Assembly: GCA_964291315.2 (NCBI GenBank)
Contig: OZ219753.1
Location: forward strand, 3,136,001 to 3,200,000
Direction of reading: 5' to 3'
From: Candidatus Poribacteria bacterium
GTDB taxonomy: Bacteria > Poribacteria > WGA-4E > WGA-3G
Length of the DNA stretch: 64,000 nt
Positions 1-8,774 of this stretch are shown here, in pieces. Under the pieces are notes generated by a model. The model saw only the letters and a list, made by a program, of their open reading frames with translations, was not told the origin of the DNA and did not search any database. The stretch's first letter is position 1, and each line of letters starts with the position of its first letter. A program made the translations under genes and the position numbers.

Positions 1-1526
1 TAGTCTGTATCAATCAGAACACAATCAATCTGTGCACGAAAGTCGCCCAGCTGTTCATCAAAGACAGTGCGCTCTCGCTCCATCCGTGCCAAGATGCTCG
101 GGCTTAGATAATCTGAAAGCGTAATCTTGACGATGAGCCCCACTCTTTCAAAGCTAACCTCTGCTTCAGCAGGGGCATACGTCGTGATACCTTCACGTTG
201 AATATCACGAACAATGAGCTTGTTAATCGGACGATGCCGGTTGGCTCTGTCCAACTCCGCTTGTATGCCGACTTCACTGCCGTTGCACAAGACTGTGATG
301 TCGCTTGTCTCGTCTGGCGAGTTTCGGAGTTCGTCTTTGATGAGCTGGATATCCAAGCGTGTGAGCGGTTTTCCGAGATCAGCGATTTTGACCAGCGTGC
401 CATCGAGGGTGCCGTCAAAGAAAGCGGCTTTCCTGTCGGTTTGCACGCCGTATTTAGCGATGAGGATCTGTCTGAGTTCGTGCTGGGTCTGAAAATCGTA
501 GTTATTGATGCGGTAGTGTGCGATGCCGCGGGTTTGGTGGCTGCTGTTTTGTATTCGTTTGAGAGTTGTCTGTATAGCGCCTTTATTGAGGTCAGCTGCG
601 ATCCAGCGTCTGCCGAGTTTGTCGGCTACAGCGGGGGTTGTGCCGCTGCCGACAAAGCAGTCGAGGACAATGGAGTCTTCATTCGTTGATACTTTGATAA
701 TACGATCAAGCAGAGCCTCAGGCTTTTGGGTCGGGAAGCCTAACAATTCATTGGGTTTTCGTCCAACCGGGGTTAATTCCCACCAATCTTCGGGAATCTT
801 GCCAGCTTTGTCCATTTCATAGTCATTCTGCAAAAATGCTGAACCCTTAGATGTTCCCGTCCGGTGTTTCTTATACGGAACTTTTATTTTATCAGTGTTA
901 AAAATAATATTGTCTTTTTTCTTGCCGTAAAAATAGATGGCATCGTGCTTCCGTGCGAAAAAGCGGTTTTTTCTAGACGGTCCCGTGTAACACCAAATAA
1001 TTTCATTAACAAAATTTACCGGTTCAAATACTTCATCCAACAAGCACCGCAGATGGTGATTTTTATGCCAATCACAATGCAGATAGAGACTCCCTTTTTC
1101 GCTGAGGAGTTCACGCATCAAGATAAGCCTTTCATACATAAATTGGAGGTAGTTGTCATTTGCCCAGATGTCGGTGTATTGTGTCTGCTCAATAACAGTG
1201 TGGCCTTCACCTTCTAAGTTCCTCTGATCACCGCGTAATTTTACTTTTCGCACATAATCTGCCCCGCTATCAAATGGGGGATCAATGTAGATGAGATCTA
1301 TCTTTCCACGGAATCCCTGCACCAGCAGTGTGGAGAGGATCTCCTTGTTATCTCCGTGAAAAAGCAGGTTGGGGCCTCCCCAAAATTTATCGTAAGTCGG
1401 CTCTTTCTCTGGGTTTTCAACGTCATAGGTTTCTACAAGTTGTGCGGGATAGGCGTTGACTGTGTCGATGGGGCGTTTGCCGACCCAGTGCAGCATTGGT
1501 CTCCCTTTAATAGGTGTAATTTTCAT
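1..1526 (-). CDS. DNA amino-methyltransferase (Type III Mod-like, beta class); 3' end runs off the window
   Basis: Hand translation of the minus strand from ATG 1526 (GGAG upstream): MKITPIKGRPMLHWVGK...GKIDLIYIDPPF (motif IV)...VLDCFVGSGTT...LGRRWIAAD (motif I). Missing from the ORF track because no stop lies in the window. Confidence 0.9.
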   Translation of the reverse strand, partial: MKITPIKGRPMLHWVGKRPIDTVNAYPAQLVETYDVENPEKEPTYDKFWGGPNLLFHGDNKEILSTLLVQGFRGKIDLIYIDPPFDSGADYVRKVKLRGDQRNLEGEGHTVIEQTQYTDIWANDNYLQFMYERLILMRELLSEKGSLYLHCDWHKNHHLRCLLDEVFEPVNFVNEIIWCYTGPSRKNRFFARKHDAIYFYGKKKDNIIFNTDKIKVPYKKHRTGTSKGSAFLQNDYEMDKAGKIPEDWWELTPVGRKPNELLGFPTQKPEALLDRIIKVSTNEDSIVLDCFVGSGTTPAVADKLGRRWIAADLNKGAIQTTLKRIQNSSHQTRGIAHYRINNYDFQTQHELRQILIAKYGVQTDRKAAFFDGTLDGTLVKIADLGKPLTRLDIQLIKDELRNSPDETSDITVLCNGSEVGIQAELDRANRHRPINKLIVRDIQREGITTYAPAEAEVSFERVGLIVKITLSDYLSPSILARMERERTVFDEQLGDFRAQIDCVLIDTD

Positions 1527-1862
1527 AAAGGTTCTCCATGTTTTACGTGTCCTCTCTTCTTTACCAAAGCATCTACGGAAAAGCTTCCTCGCGCCCGGGG
1601 TTTCCGACAAGGAAGCCCAAGAAGCACTCCGCCGCTGGCATATTTCATACTTAAGAGTATAGCAGCCGCATTGTAACCCGTCAAGGGTTTTCTCACATCA
1701 ACCCATTGTAAGATTGTGTGACAGATTTTCCGATTCCTGCTGCTTGCTTTCCAATTTTTAAGAACATTACCGACAACCATCCGTGTATCGGTTGATTTTA
1801 CGATCTAGCTTGTTGTAAAATAGATAATTGAGACTTGTTAGATAAGAACATTTCCAAAACCC

Positions 1863-4800
1863 ATGAATTGGAGAATTATTGCCTATCTAATGCGATTTGT
1901 AATATTAATCACTCTTGCTTTTTCCGGTGTCCTCGGTTTCGCTTTCGCCGATCCTTGGCTGTGTGGGCTGCCTCTTCTGCACCAACAACATTCGGTGCAA
2001 CGCCCTTCCGATGCAACTGCTGCTGCCCCCGGTACCCCTGTTCAGCCCGGACAGACAGAACGTTTTTTTATTCACATTCCGGAAGCGGAGGTAACAGCTA
2101 CTTGTATCGCCAAGAGTGAACATCTCTATGTCTATGTCGATAATTCCGTGCGGGAGTTACTCACAGAGGCCGAAGCAGTTGCAGTCGCAAGGGAATTTGA
2201 CAAGCGTATCTACCCAAGCGTTAGAAAGTGGATGGGAAGTGAATGGAAGCCTGGGCTTGATGGAGACAACCGTATAACTTTACTGATGCACGACGTTGGT
2301 ATGAACAATTCCGGAGCAGACTACGGCGGTTACTTCTCACCTGTTGACCAGATACCTACGGCACGCAACAGCAATCGTCGTGAAATGCTCTATATGGACG
2401 TTTTTCAGTTTAGGCAACGCCCCCGACGGACCTTCTACAGCAGCCTGGCACACGAATTCGCACACCTCATCAATTGGTTTCAAAACGGTGGAACTATCGA
2501 TCAGCGGTGGTTAGAGGAGGGTATAGCCTCCTTCGTGGAATGGGCAGTCTACGGAACTGTACACACTATATTTGTCGACGGCTATCTGTCGAATCCCGGT
2601 GCTTCGCTTGCTTCCGCAAACACAAGGGATGTTTATTACGGTGCGGCTTTCATGCTGATGCTCTATCTCTATGAGCACTACGGAGGTCAAGAACTTATCC
2701 GGGGTATTGTAAAGTCAGATGCATCTGGGGAACATGCAATAAACGCTGCTTTGGCAACTGGGCCTATGAACCTTTCTGCCCGGAGTGTCCGATTTCCAGA
2801 AGTCTTTCTGAATTGGGGGTTGGCGAATTGGTTTAACATGCCAATGCGAAACAGGCTGCTCGGCTATTCGCATCTTCGCCATAGGAAGGTAAACGCCGCA
2901 GTGCCACACGTCTCTAATTATCCAAAAGAAGCGAAAGATATCCCAATTGACCAATGGGGTATCCACTACACTGTTTTTCAAAGCCTGCCAGCAACCTTGG
3001 ATCTGTTGGTGACAGGTGCTGATATTGGTAATATTTATGCAACAACTCTCTATCTAACGCCTGATGGAAAAGCAGTGATTACTCCTATTCAGTTCGATAC
3101 TGAGAATAAAGGACACACAAGACAAGATGGGCTAGAGCATCAAGGAGAATTTGTGTTGATGGTAACGGCGGATACCCCACAGATGTTTCGTTTCGTCGCT
3201 GCAACACACCCCGGTGCGGATGCTGAAACGGCAATAGGTATGAAACGCGAGCATGTATCAGATGCTTTACCGGATGCCATAACTTATGCCCTCAGAAACC
3301 GAGCACAGCCGAGTCTCCGGCTCACGAATCTTACACCGAAAACGTACCTTGAACCGAAGACGCAGATCCATCTCGCCAGCGACTATACTGATGTTGAAAT
3401 AGACGGTGTAGATCAAAGCTACCTTTACGCTGCGAGTCAATGGGGGCTTGAAATCTTTACGCTTGTTGAACCGACAAAACCTTCTCGTGTCGGTGAAATT
3501 GCCACACCCGGGCAAGCACAAGCTGTCGCTGTTGAGGATAACATTGCTTACGTTGCTGATGGCGCGGCAGGTGTGCATGTCGTCGATATTACCGTTCCAA
3601 CCGATCCGAGTATACTGCAAACAGTTGGAGGCCTTACAGATGCACACGGAGTCCACGTGGATGACGGAAATCTCTATGTGCTAGATACAGAGCGCGGAAT
3701 GCTTGTTTTCAATCTCCGAGACGCTCATAACGTCCTAACACCGCCGCGCCGTTTTTTTCGCACAGCGGGCACGCCGCTCAATGTCGCAATTCATGAGGGG
3801 AACGTCTATTTTAGTGACGACAGACACGGACTTTTTATTCTCGATCCAAACCCGTTCGGGAACTTTACCGTACAAAGTGTTGTGCCCATTTTTGCTGCAG
3901 CTTATCAAATCGCAGATAAAGACGCGGCATCCTACGCTTACGTTGCCTCAGGTAATCTCACGCTTATCGATATCACAGAAACTCAGAACCCTGAGATAGG
4001 TCACCATTTGAATACACCAGGGCTTGCAACCGGTATTCAGATCCGGGACAACACAGTGTATCTCACTGATCGACAAACAGGCTTGCACATTATCGACGTG
4101 CGTAACCCACGGCACCCTCAACGCGTCTCTTCACATACTACAGTGGGCAACGCAAAGAATATAGCGCTTCGGGATACACTTGCATATGTCGCTGATGGAA
4201 AAGGGGGCATCCAGACAATTGATGTAAGCCAAGCGAAATCGCCGAAGTGGTTGCATCGGTATGCTTTTGGCGGTACGGTTCATGGATTGGATGTCGTTAA
4301 AACAGGAGAAGACACCCGAACAGCCTACATCGCCAATGGCATTGCCGGTCTGATGACGCTCAAATTCACAACGCCTTATCAAGGGACGGTGACAGAAAAG
4401 CTGGCATTTCCAGTCAATACTATCACCTTTAATAATATATCTGAAGCAGTGCGCTGCACCAAAATTCGTGTCCGAGATAGGTACGGCTTCGTTGCTGCTG
4501 AAACAGGCATGTTTGTTGTGGATCTTACAGCGAATACAATTGTAACGCATGTACCGACAGATATATCTGTCTCGGACATCGCGTTACATGAGCGTTACAC
4601 CTATGTTTGTGCCGGAGCCTTGATTGTTATCGATAGCCAATTCCCGCAACAGAGCAGAATCGTATCTGAACGCAACATGTCTGGAAGTGCCTATCGTGTT
4701 GTCGTTGATCCGAATTCGTCTACACATGCCTATGTCGCTGCGCTTGAAGGTGGACTACATATTTTTGACATTACAGATCCAGCAGTACCGCGCCCAATTG

Positions 4801-5504
4801 GGAATTATCCGACACAAGGCAATGTGACCGGTGTTGCCGTTACCGAGAAACTGGCTTACTTATTAGAGAGTGGAGTTGGTGTGACCACGCTTGACATAAC
4901 TGAACCTAACAAACCGAAATTGGAGAGTATATACAGAATCGATGGAACAGTATTAATAGATGCTCAAGTTAGTAGTAACTTTCTTTATTTACTTGATAGC
5001 GAAAGCGTTCAGGTTATTGATACACGTAGGCTGCCAACGACTTCAGCTCTCCTTTACAGAAATAGCGACCTCCAGTTTCCATCCGAATTGAAGTTAGTAG
5101 ACGGTGTCCTCTATGTTGCTGATTTGTATCAGCTCCGAACGTTTCGTGTGCATCCGGAAGGCTACTCGCTCGCTGTAGAGGAACCTATACTATCTGAGTG
5201 GGAACCCAATCCCCTTAAGCCAATGTCGGTTAACCGTTTGGATCAAAACTTCCCGAACCCATTTAATCCGGAGACATGGATTCCGTATCAACTCGCTTCA
5301 GATGTGAATGTAGTACTCCATATCTACGATGTCCAAGGTAGACTTATCTATTCCGAGACACTCGGATATCAAAAATCAGGTTCACACACCGCCTATTGGA
5401 ATGGCCGTAATGCTGCTGGTGAATCGGTCGCGAGCGGCATCTATTTTTATTCGCTTGAAGCTGGCAGTTTTCATGCAATCCGTAAAATGCTCATCCAGAG
5501 ATGA
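1863..5504 (+). CDS. Secreted Zn-metallopeptidase (M30/immune inhibitor A-like) with LVIVD repeats and a FlgD/T9SS-like C-terminal domain
   Basis: Signal peptide; LAHEFAH and WLEEG motifs; many AYVADG..G...D repeats; C-terminal QNFPNPFNPETWIPYQL...WNGRN..GE.VASGIYFY. Confidence 0.8.
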   Translation: MNWRIIAYLMRFVILITLAFSGVLGFAFADPWLCGLPLLHQQHSVQRPSDATAAAPGTPVQPGQTERFFIHIPEAEVTATCIAKSEHLYVYVDNSVRELLTEAEAVAVAREFDKRIYPSVRKWMGSEWKPGLDGDNRITLLMHDVGMNNSGADYGGYFSPVDQIPTARNSNRREMLYMDVFQFRQRPRRTFYSSLAHEFAHLINWFQNGGTIDQRWLEEGIASFVEWAVYGTVHTIFVDGYLSNPGASLASANTRDVYYGAAFMLMLYLYEHYGGQELIRGIVKSDASGEHAINAALATGPMNLSARSVRFPEVFLNWGLANWFNMPMRNRLLGYSHLRHRKVNAAVPHVSNYPKEAKDIPIDQWGIHYTVFQSLPATLDLLVTGADIGNIYATTLYLTPDGKAVITPIQFDTENKGHTRQDGLEHQGEFVLMVTADTPQMFRFVAATHPGADAETAIGMKREHVSDALPDAITYALRNRAQPSLRLTNLTPKTYLEPKTQIHLASDYTDVEIDGVDQSYLYAASQWGLEIFTLVEPTKPSRVGEIATPGQAQAVAVEDNIAYVADGAAGVHVVDITVPTDPSILQTVGGLTDAHGVHVDDGNLYVLDTERGMLVFNLRDAHNVLTPPRRFFRTAGTPLNVAIHEGNVYFSDDRHGLFILDPNPFGNFTVQSVVPIFAAAYQIADKDAASYAYVASGNLTLIDITETQNPEIGHHLNTPGLATGIQIRDNTVYLTDRQTGLHIIDVRNPRHPQRVSSHTTVGNAKNIALRDTLAYVADGKGGIQTIDVSQAKSPKWLHRYAFGGTVHGLDVVKTGEDTRTAYIANGIAGLMTLKFTTPYQGTVTEKLAFPVNTITFNNISEAVRCTKIRVRDRYGFVAAETGMFVVDLTANTIVTHVPTDISVSDIALHERYTYVCAGALIVIDSQFPQQSRIVSERNMSGSAYRVVVDPNSSTHAYVAALEGGLHIFDITDPAVPRPIGNYPTQGNVTGVAVTEKLAYLLESGVGVTTLDITEPNKPKLESIYRIDGTVLIDAQVSSNFLYLLDSESVQVIDTRRLPTTSALLYRNSDLQFPSELKLVDGVLYVADLYQLRTFRVHPEGYSLAVEEPILSEWEPNPLKPMSVNRLDQNFPNPFNPETWIPYQLASDVNVVLHIYDVQGRLIYSETLGYQKSGSHTAYWNGRNAAGESVASGIYFYSLEAGSFHAIRKMLIQR

Positions 5505-5740
5505 ATTTTCTGTATTTATCTTGAATCGGCCCTGTTATCAGAAAACCGATGTCCCTGCTATCTCATCCGTCTTTTCTGAATCCTTGCTGACCGCAAGTGA
5601 GTTTTGATTCAGACAAGCGTGAAAAATAAAAATTTGTAACGCAAATGAACAAAAAACGTTGAATAGATTAACCTGACCTTATCCGATGAAGTGTCTATGT
5701 TACTTTTGTTCACTAAGGAATTTGCAAGGAGAAAGCTAGT

Positions 5741-7378
5741 ATGGCTAGGAATAGCATAACAGGGCGTTTTCGAGATATTGAGATAGCGTTTAGTGTCGAC
5801 GCGGATTGTATTCGTATGAACCTGCAGAATTTGGTTGTTGATCGGAAACAGGTGCGTTTGATGTATCAGAAACAACCCTCGAGTGGCCTCGCCAATTGGA
5901 AGCAATTTGAGTTAATAGACGAGCCAGTCACATTTCGTCTGCCTGTAGAGGTACTTGAAGCATACCGATTAACCTTTTTCGTTGATGATGCCGAGCCTAT
6001 TTCTGCCCGTATTGAAAACATATTGACAGAACTGGAGATGCTCAGTAGCGAATCGCCACCAGAGGATTTACCAGAGAAAACTGAAGCTGTAACAGAAATT
6101 GAAGCTGTAACGAATACGGAATCCGTAGATACTCCGCACAAGGTAGAAGCACAAATTTCTAAAGAACCCGAAGGTGCGGCAGCCAAGTCAATAGAAACAG
6201 ACCTCGATTTGACAGAAATACAGCGTTCGACAAACCCACCGAGTACTGTGAACGCGCATGTTTCTGAAGAGCCAGAAGCCGTTGCAGTCAGTTCAAAAGA
6301 AACAATACCGCATTTATCGGAAATACAGCACCCGAAACAAGAGCCTCGCCAATACCCAGAAGATCAGCAAGAGGTTGACGCACAACGTGTCCCTTCAGGT
6401 ACTGTAGCGCGGTCGTCGATGCAGACGATCGGGTCTAGGCTGCCCAGTTTGGGTTCTCATTTGGAATTTAGGGTTTCGGTTTCCACGCTGCCACCAAGCG
6501 CGCTTTCAAAACAGAAGGAAGCGCGGGTAAAAGAGACGATCGGAAACACCACGCCTGATGTTCGCAGAAAATCTAAACAGAAGGAAAGCGGTTTCTTCGG
6601 GCAAATCGTGCGGACTTTGAAAGGTGAAAAACATGGAAAGGCTTACTACCAAAGTAGAGGCGAAAGCATTCAAGACGAGTTCCAAGACCAACTCTCTAAA
6701 TTGGAGAAAGATTACAACGAGGGGTATGGGCTTAACCTTCTCTCCTGGAAACCAGAGACGCTCTCTGAAGAGGAAACCGCCATTTTTCTCCTTAATCTCA
6801 TGGTCAATGAAATAATAGCCTGGCAGAAAGAAGTAGGGCGTTCTACACCTGAAACCGAAGGGATCGTCGAAACGCTCGTCGAAGTAGATGCTCTGCTCCG
6901 TCAGACGCTCAAGCAGACGCGCGGCATCAGTGCCCCGGCACCGACGTTGTTTCCCAACCTCCTTGCCGAAAATGAACGAGATCTTGAGAAAATTCGGAGT
7001 GAGTGTGATGCCTATCTCTGCCGTTTCACTAGCAAATTGATTAGACAAGAGAAGGATCACGCCGCCAAGATTGAGATTCTCTCGTTTAGAAAATTTCTTA
7101 CGGAATTCGTCAGGGATTTCCTGTTTGCCGAGATCGCGAGAAGCACCCCCGGAAACGCCTTATCTGATCGACTGAATTGGTTTCTCGAACTCGTGGACTC
7201 TAAAGTGATGCCGATTGAAATCGGGAAAACCAAAGTATCGCCGAGTCATCACAAAGTCAAAGATGCTCGTCCAAGTGAATGTGAGCCCGGGACAATCGTC
7301 GAAGTCATCACCCCCGGCTTGCAATCGAAAGATGGCAAACGCGTCAGCCAGATGGCTGTGGTCATTGAAGCGGAGTAA
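5741..7378 (+). CDS. Hypothetical protein with low-complexity linker and GrpE-like C-terminal domain
   Basis: 545-aa ORF; C-terminus SPSHHKV...EPGTIVEVITPGL...AVV resembles the GrpE head. Confidence 0.55.
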   Translation: MARNSITGRFRDIEIAFSVDADCIRMNLQNLVVDRKQVRLMYQKQPSSGLANWKQFELIDEPVTFRLPVEVLEAYRLTFFVDDAEPISARIENILTELEMLSSESPPEDLPEKTEAVTEIEAVTNTESVDTPHKVEAQISKEPEGAAAKSIETDLDLTEIQRSTNPPSTVNAHVSEEPEAVAVSSKETIPHLSEIQHPKQEPRQYPEDQQEVDAQRVPSGTVARSSMQTIGSRLPSLGSHLEFRVSVSTLPPSALSKQKEARVKETIGNTTPDVRRKSKQKESGFFGQIVRTLKGEKHGKAYYQSRGESIQDEFQDQLSKLEKDYNEGYGLNLLSWKPETLSEEETAIFLLNLMVNEIIAWQKEVGRSTPETEGIVETLVEVDALLRQTLKQTRGISAPAPTLFPNLLAENERDLEKIRSECDAYLCRFTSKLIRQEKDHAAKIEILSFRKFLTEFVRDFLFAEIARSTPGNALSDRLNWFLELVDSKVMPIEIGKTKVSPSHHKVKDARPSECEPGTIVEVITPGLQSKDGKRVSQMAVVIEAE

Positions 7379-8395
7379 ATGATGCAAACTGCGGAGCAGT
7401 TGATTCAGCGAGTAAGACGGATATCCCAAGTTAAACTTGGTCATTTTCCAACGCCCCTTGAGGAATGTCCAAGGCTCTCCGATGCACTCGGCGGTCCACG
7501 TATTTTCATGAAACGCGAAGATTGCTCAGGGTTAGCCTTTGGCGGTAACAAAGTTCGGCAGCTCACGTTCACACTCGGAGATGCTGTTGCACAAGGGGCT
7601 GATACAATTGTGCACGGTGCAGCCTCCCAATCAAATCATTGCAGGCAAGCCGCCGCTGCTTGTGCAAAACTTGGACTTAAATGTTATCTACGCCTCGCCC
7701 GAGACCACAAGAGTATCCTACAAGGCAACCTATTGCTAAATCAATTAGCAGGTGTTGATGTTGAAATTGTGGATGTACCCTTCGGCCCTGAGCTAGACGT
7801 AGTAAAGTATGAGCTGGCGGCAAAACTAAAAACAGAAGGAATGAAACCTTACGTCGTCGCCTCTCCCCGATCAACCGCGCTGGCCGCTGTCGCTTTTGCA
7901 TGGTGCATCGCTGAAATTGTCCAACAGCAACAACTCTTGCGGATTGATGCTGATTGGATTTATACCTCTTCCGTAGGTGGCACGCAAGCAGGACTTATCC
8001 TTGGAACTAAGGCACTCGCCCTGAAAATGAAGCCTTTCGGTATCGCCCCAATCCGTTGGGAAAATAAACACGAACGCTTACGCACCGCTGCAAACGATGC
8101 AGCAGATATCCTTGGACTCGATATACGGGTTGCAGACGCAGACATTCAAAACACTGACGACTACATTGGACAGGCCTATGGGTACCTCACCCCAGAATGT
8201 ATTGAGGCACTCAAACTGGTTGTTAAAACAGAAGGAATTTTTCTCGACCCCGTCTATACCGCTAAAGCGATGGCATGTCTCATTGACCATATCCGACAAG
8301 GCAAACTGGGACGAAACGACACCGTTATCTTCTTACACACCGGCGGCACCCCAGCTCTCTTTGCCTACCAAGAGGAATTAGTTGCTAACTTGTAA
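7379..8395 (+). CDS. D-cysteine desulfhydrase / ACC deaminase family PLP enzyme
   Basis: PTPLE, KRED.SGLAFGGNKVR, QSNHCR, LDPVYTAK and FLHTGG motifs. Confidence 0.9.
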   Translation: MMQTAEQLIQRVRRISQVKLGHFPTPLEECPRLSDALGGPRIFMKREDCSGLAFGGNKVRQLTFTLGDAVAQGADTIVHGAASQSNHCRQAAAACAKLGLKCYLRLARDHKSILQGNLLLNQLAGVDVEIVDVPFGPELDVVKYELAAKLKTEGMKPYVVASPRSTALAAVAFAWCIAEIVQQQQLLRIDADWIYTSSVGGTQAGLILGTKALALKMKPFGIAPIRWENKHERLRTAANDAADILGLDIRVADADIQNTDDYIGQAYGYLTPECIEALKLVVKTEGIFLDPVYTAKAMACLIDHIRQGKLGRNDTVIFLHTGGTPALFAYQEELVANL

Positions 8396-8553
8396 CGTCA
8401 ATCACCCGGGCAAACCCTCGACTGCCTCAGGGTACGCCTAGCATCAGATACATTGCGAATGAAAAGACACGCGAACATCCCATCGATCCAAATAGGTGTC
8501 CCTGAAACACCCACTTCCATGTGCGTAAGTGTGCGTAAAGATGAGTCTCTTTG

Positions 8554-8602
8554 CGTGCCTATACCAGATTACCCCCCCCCGCTTTATGTAAGTTAAGTTC
8601 TT
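8554..8602. repeat. About 50-bp motif with a C9 tract (copy 1; copy 2 at 23078-23129)
   Basis: cgtgcct..agattaC9gctttatgtaagttaagt vs cgtgcct..agattaC8accttacgttagttaagt. Confidence 0.6.
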
Positions 8603-8774
8603 TATACAATCAGGTAGGTTCGGAAACATTACAGCTCCGGCTTGCTGCCTTCGCGCCCGTGCCCACTCCGTTTTGGACGGAGCCCCTCAGCACGGGCTTT
8701 CTTTGTTGCAGTGGCATTTCGCTATTGCAAGTTTCCCCGTTATACACAACGCACACAACCCGTGGCAGGTTCAT

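Noticed and set aside
198-1676. Plus-strand ORFs 198..689, 864..1217, 1356..1676
   Set aside because: Antisense shadows of the minus-strand methyltransferase.
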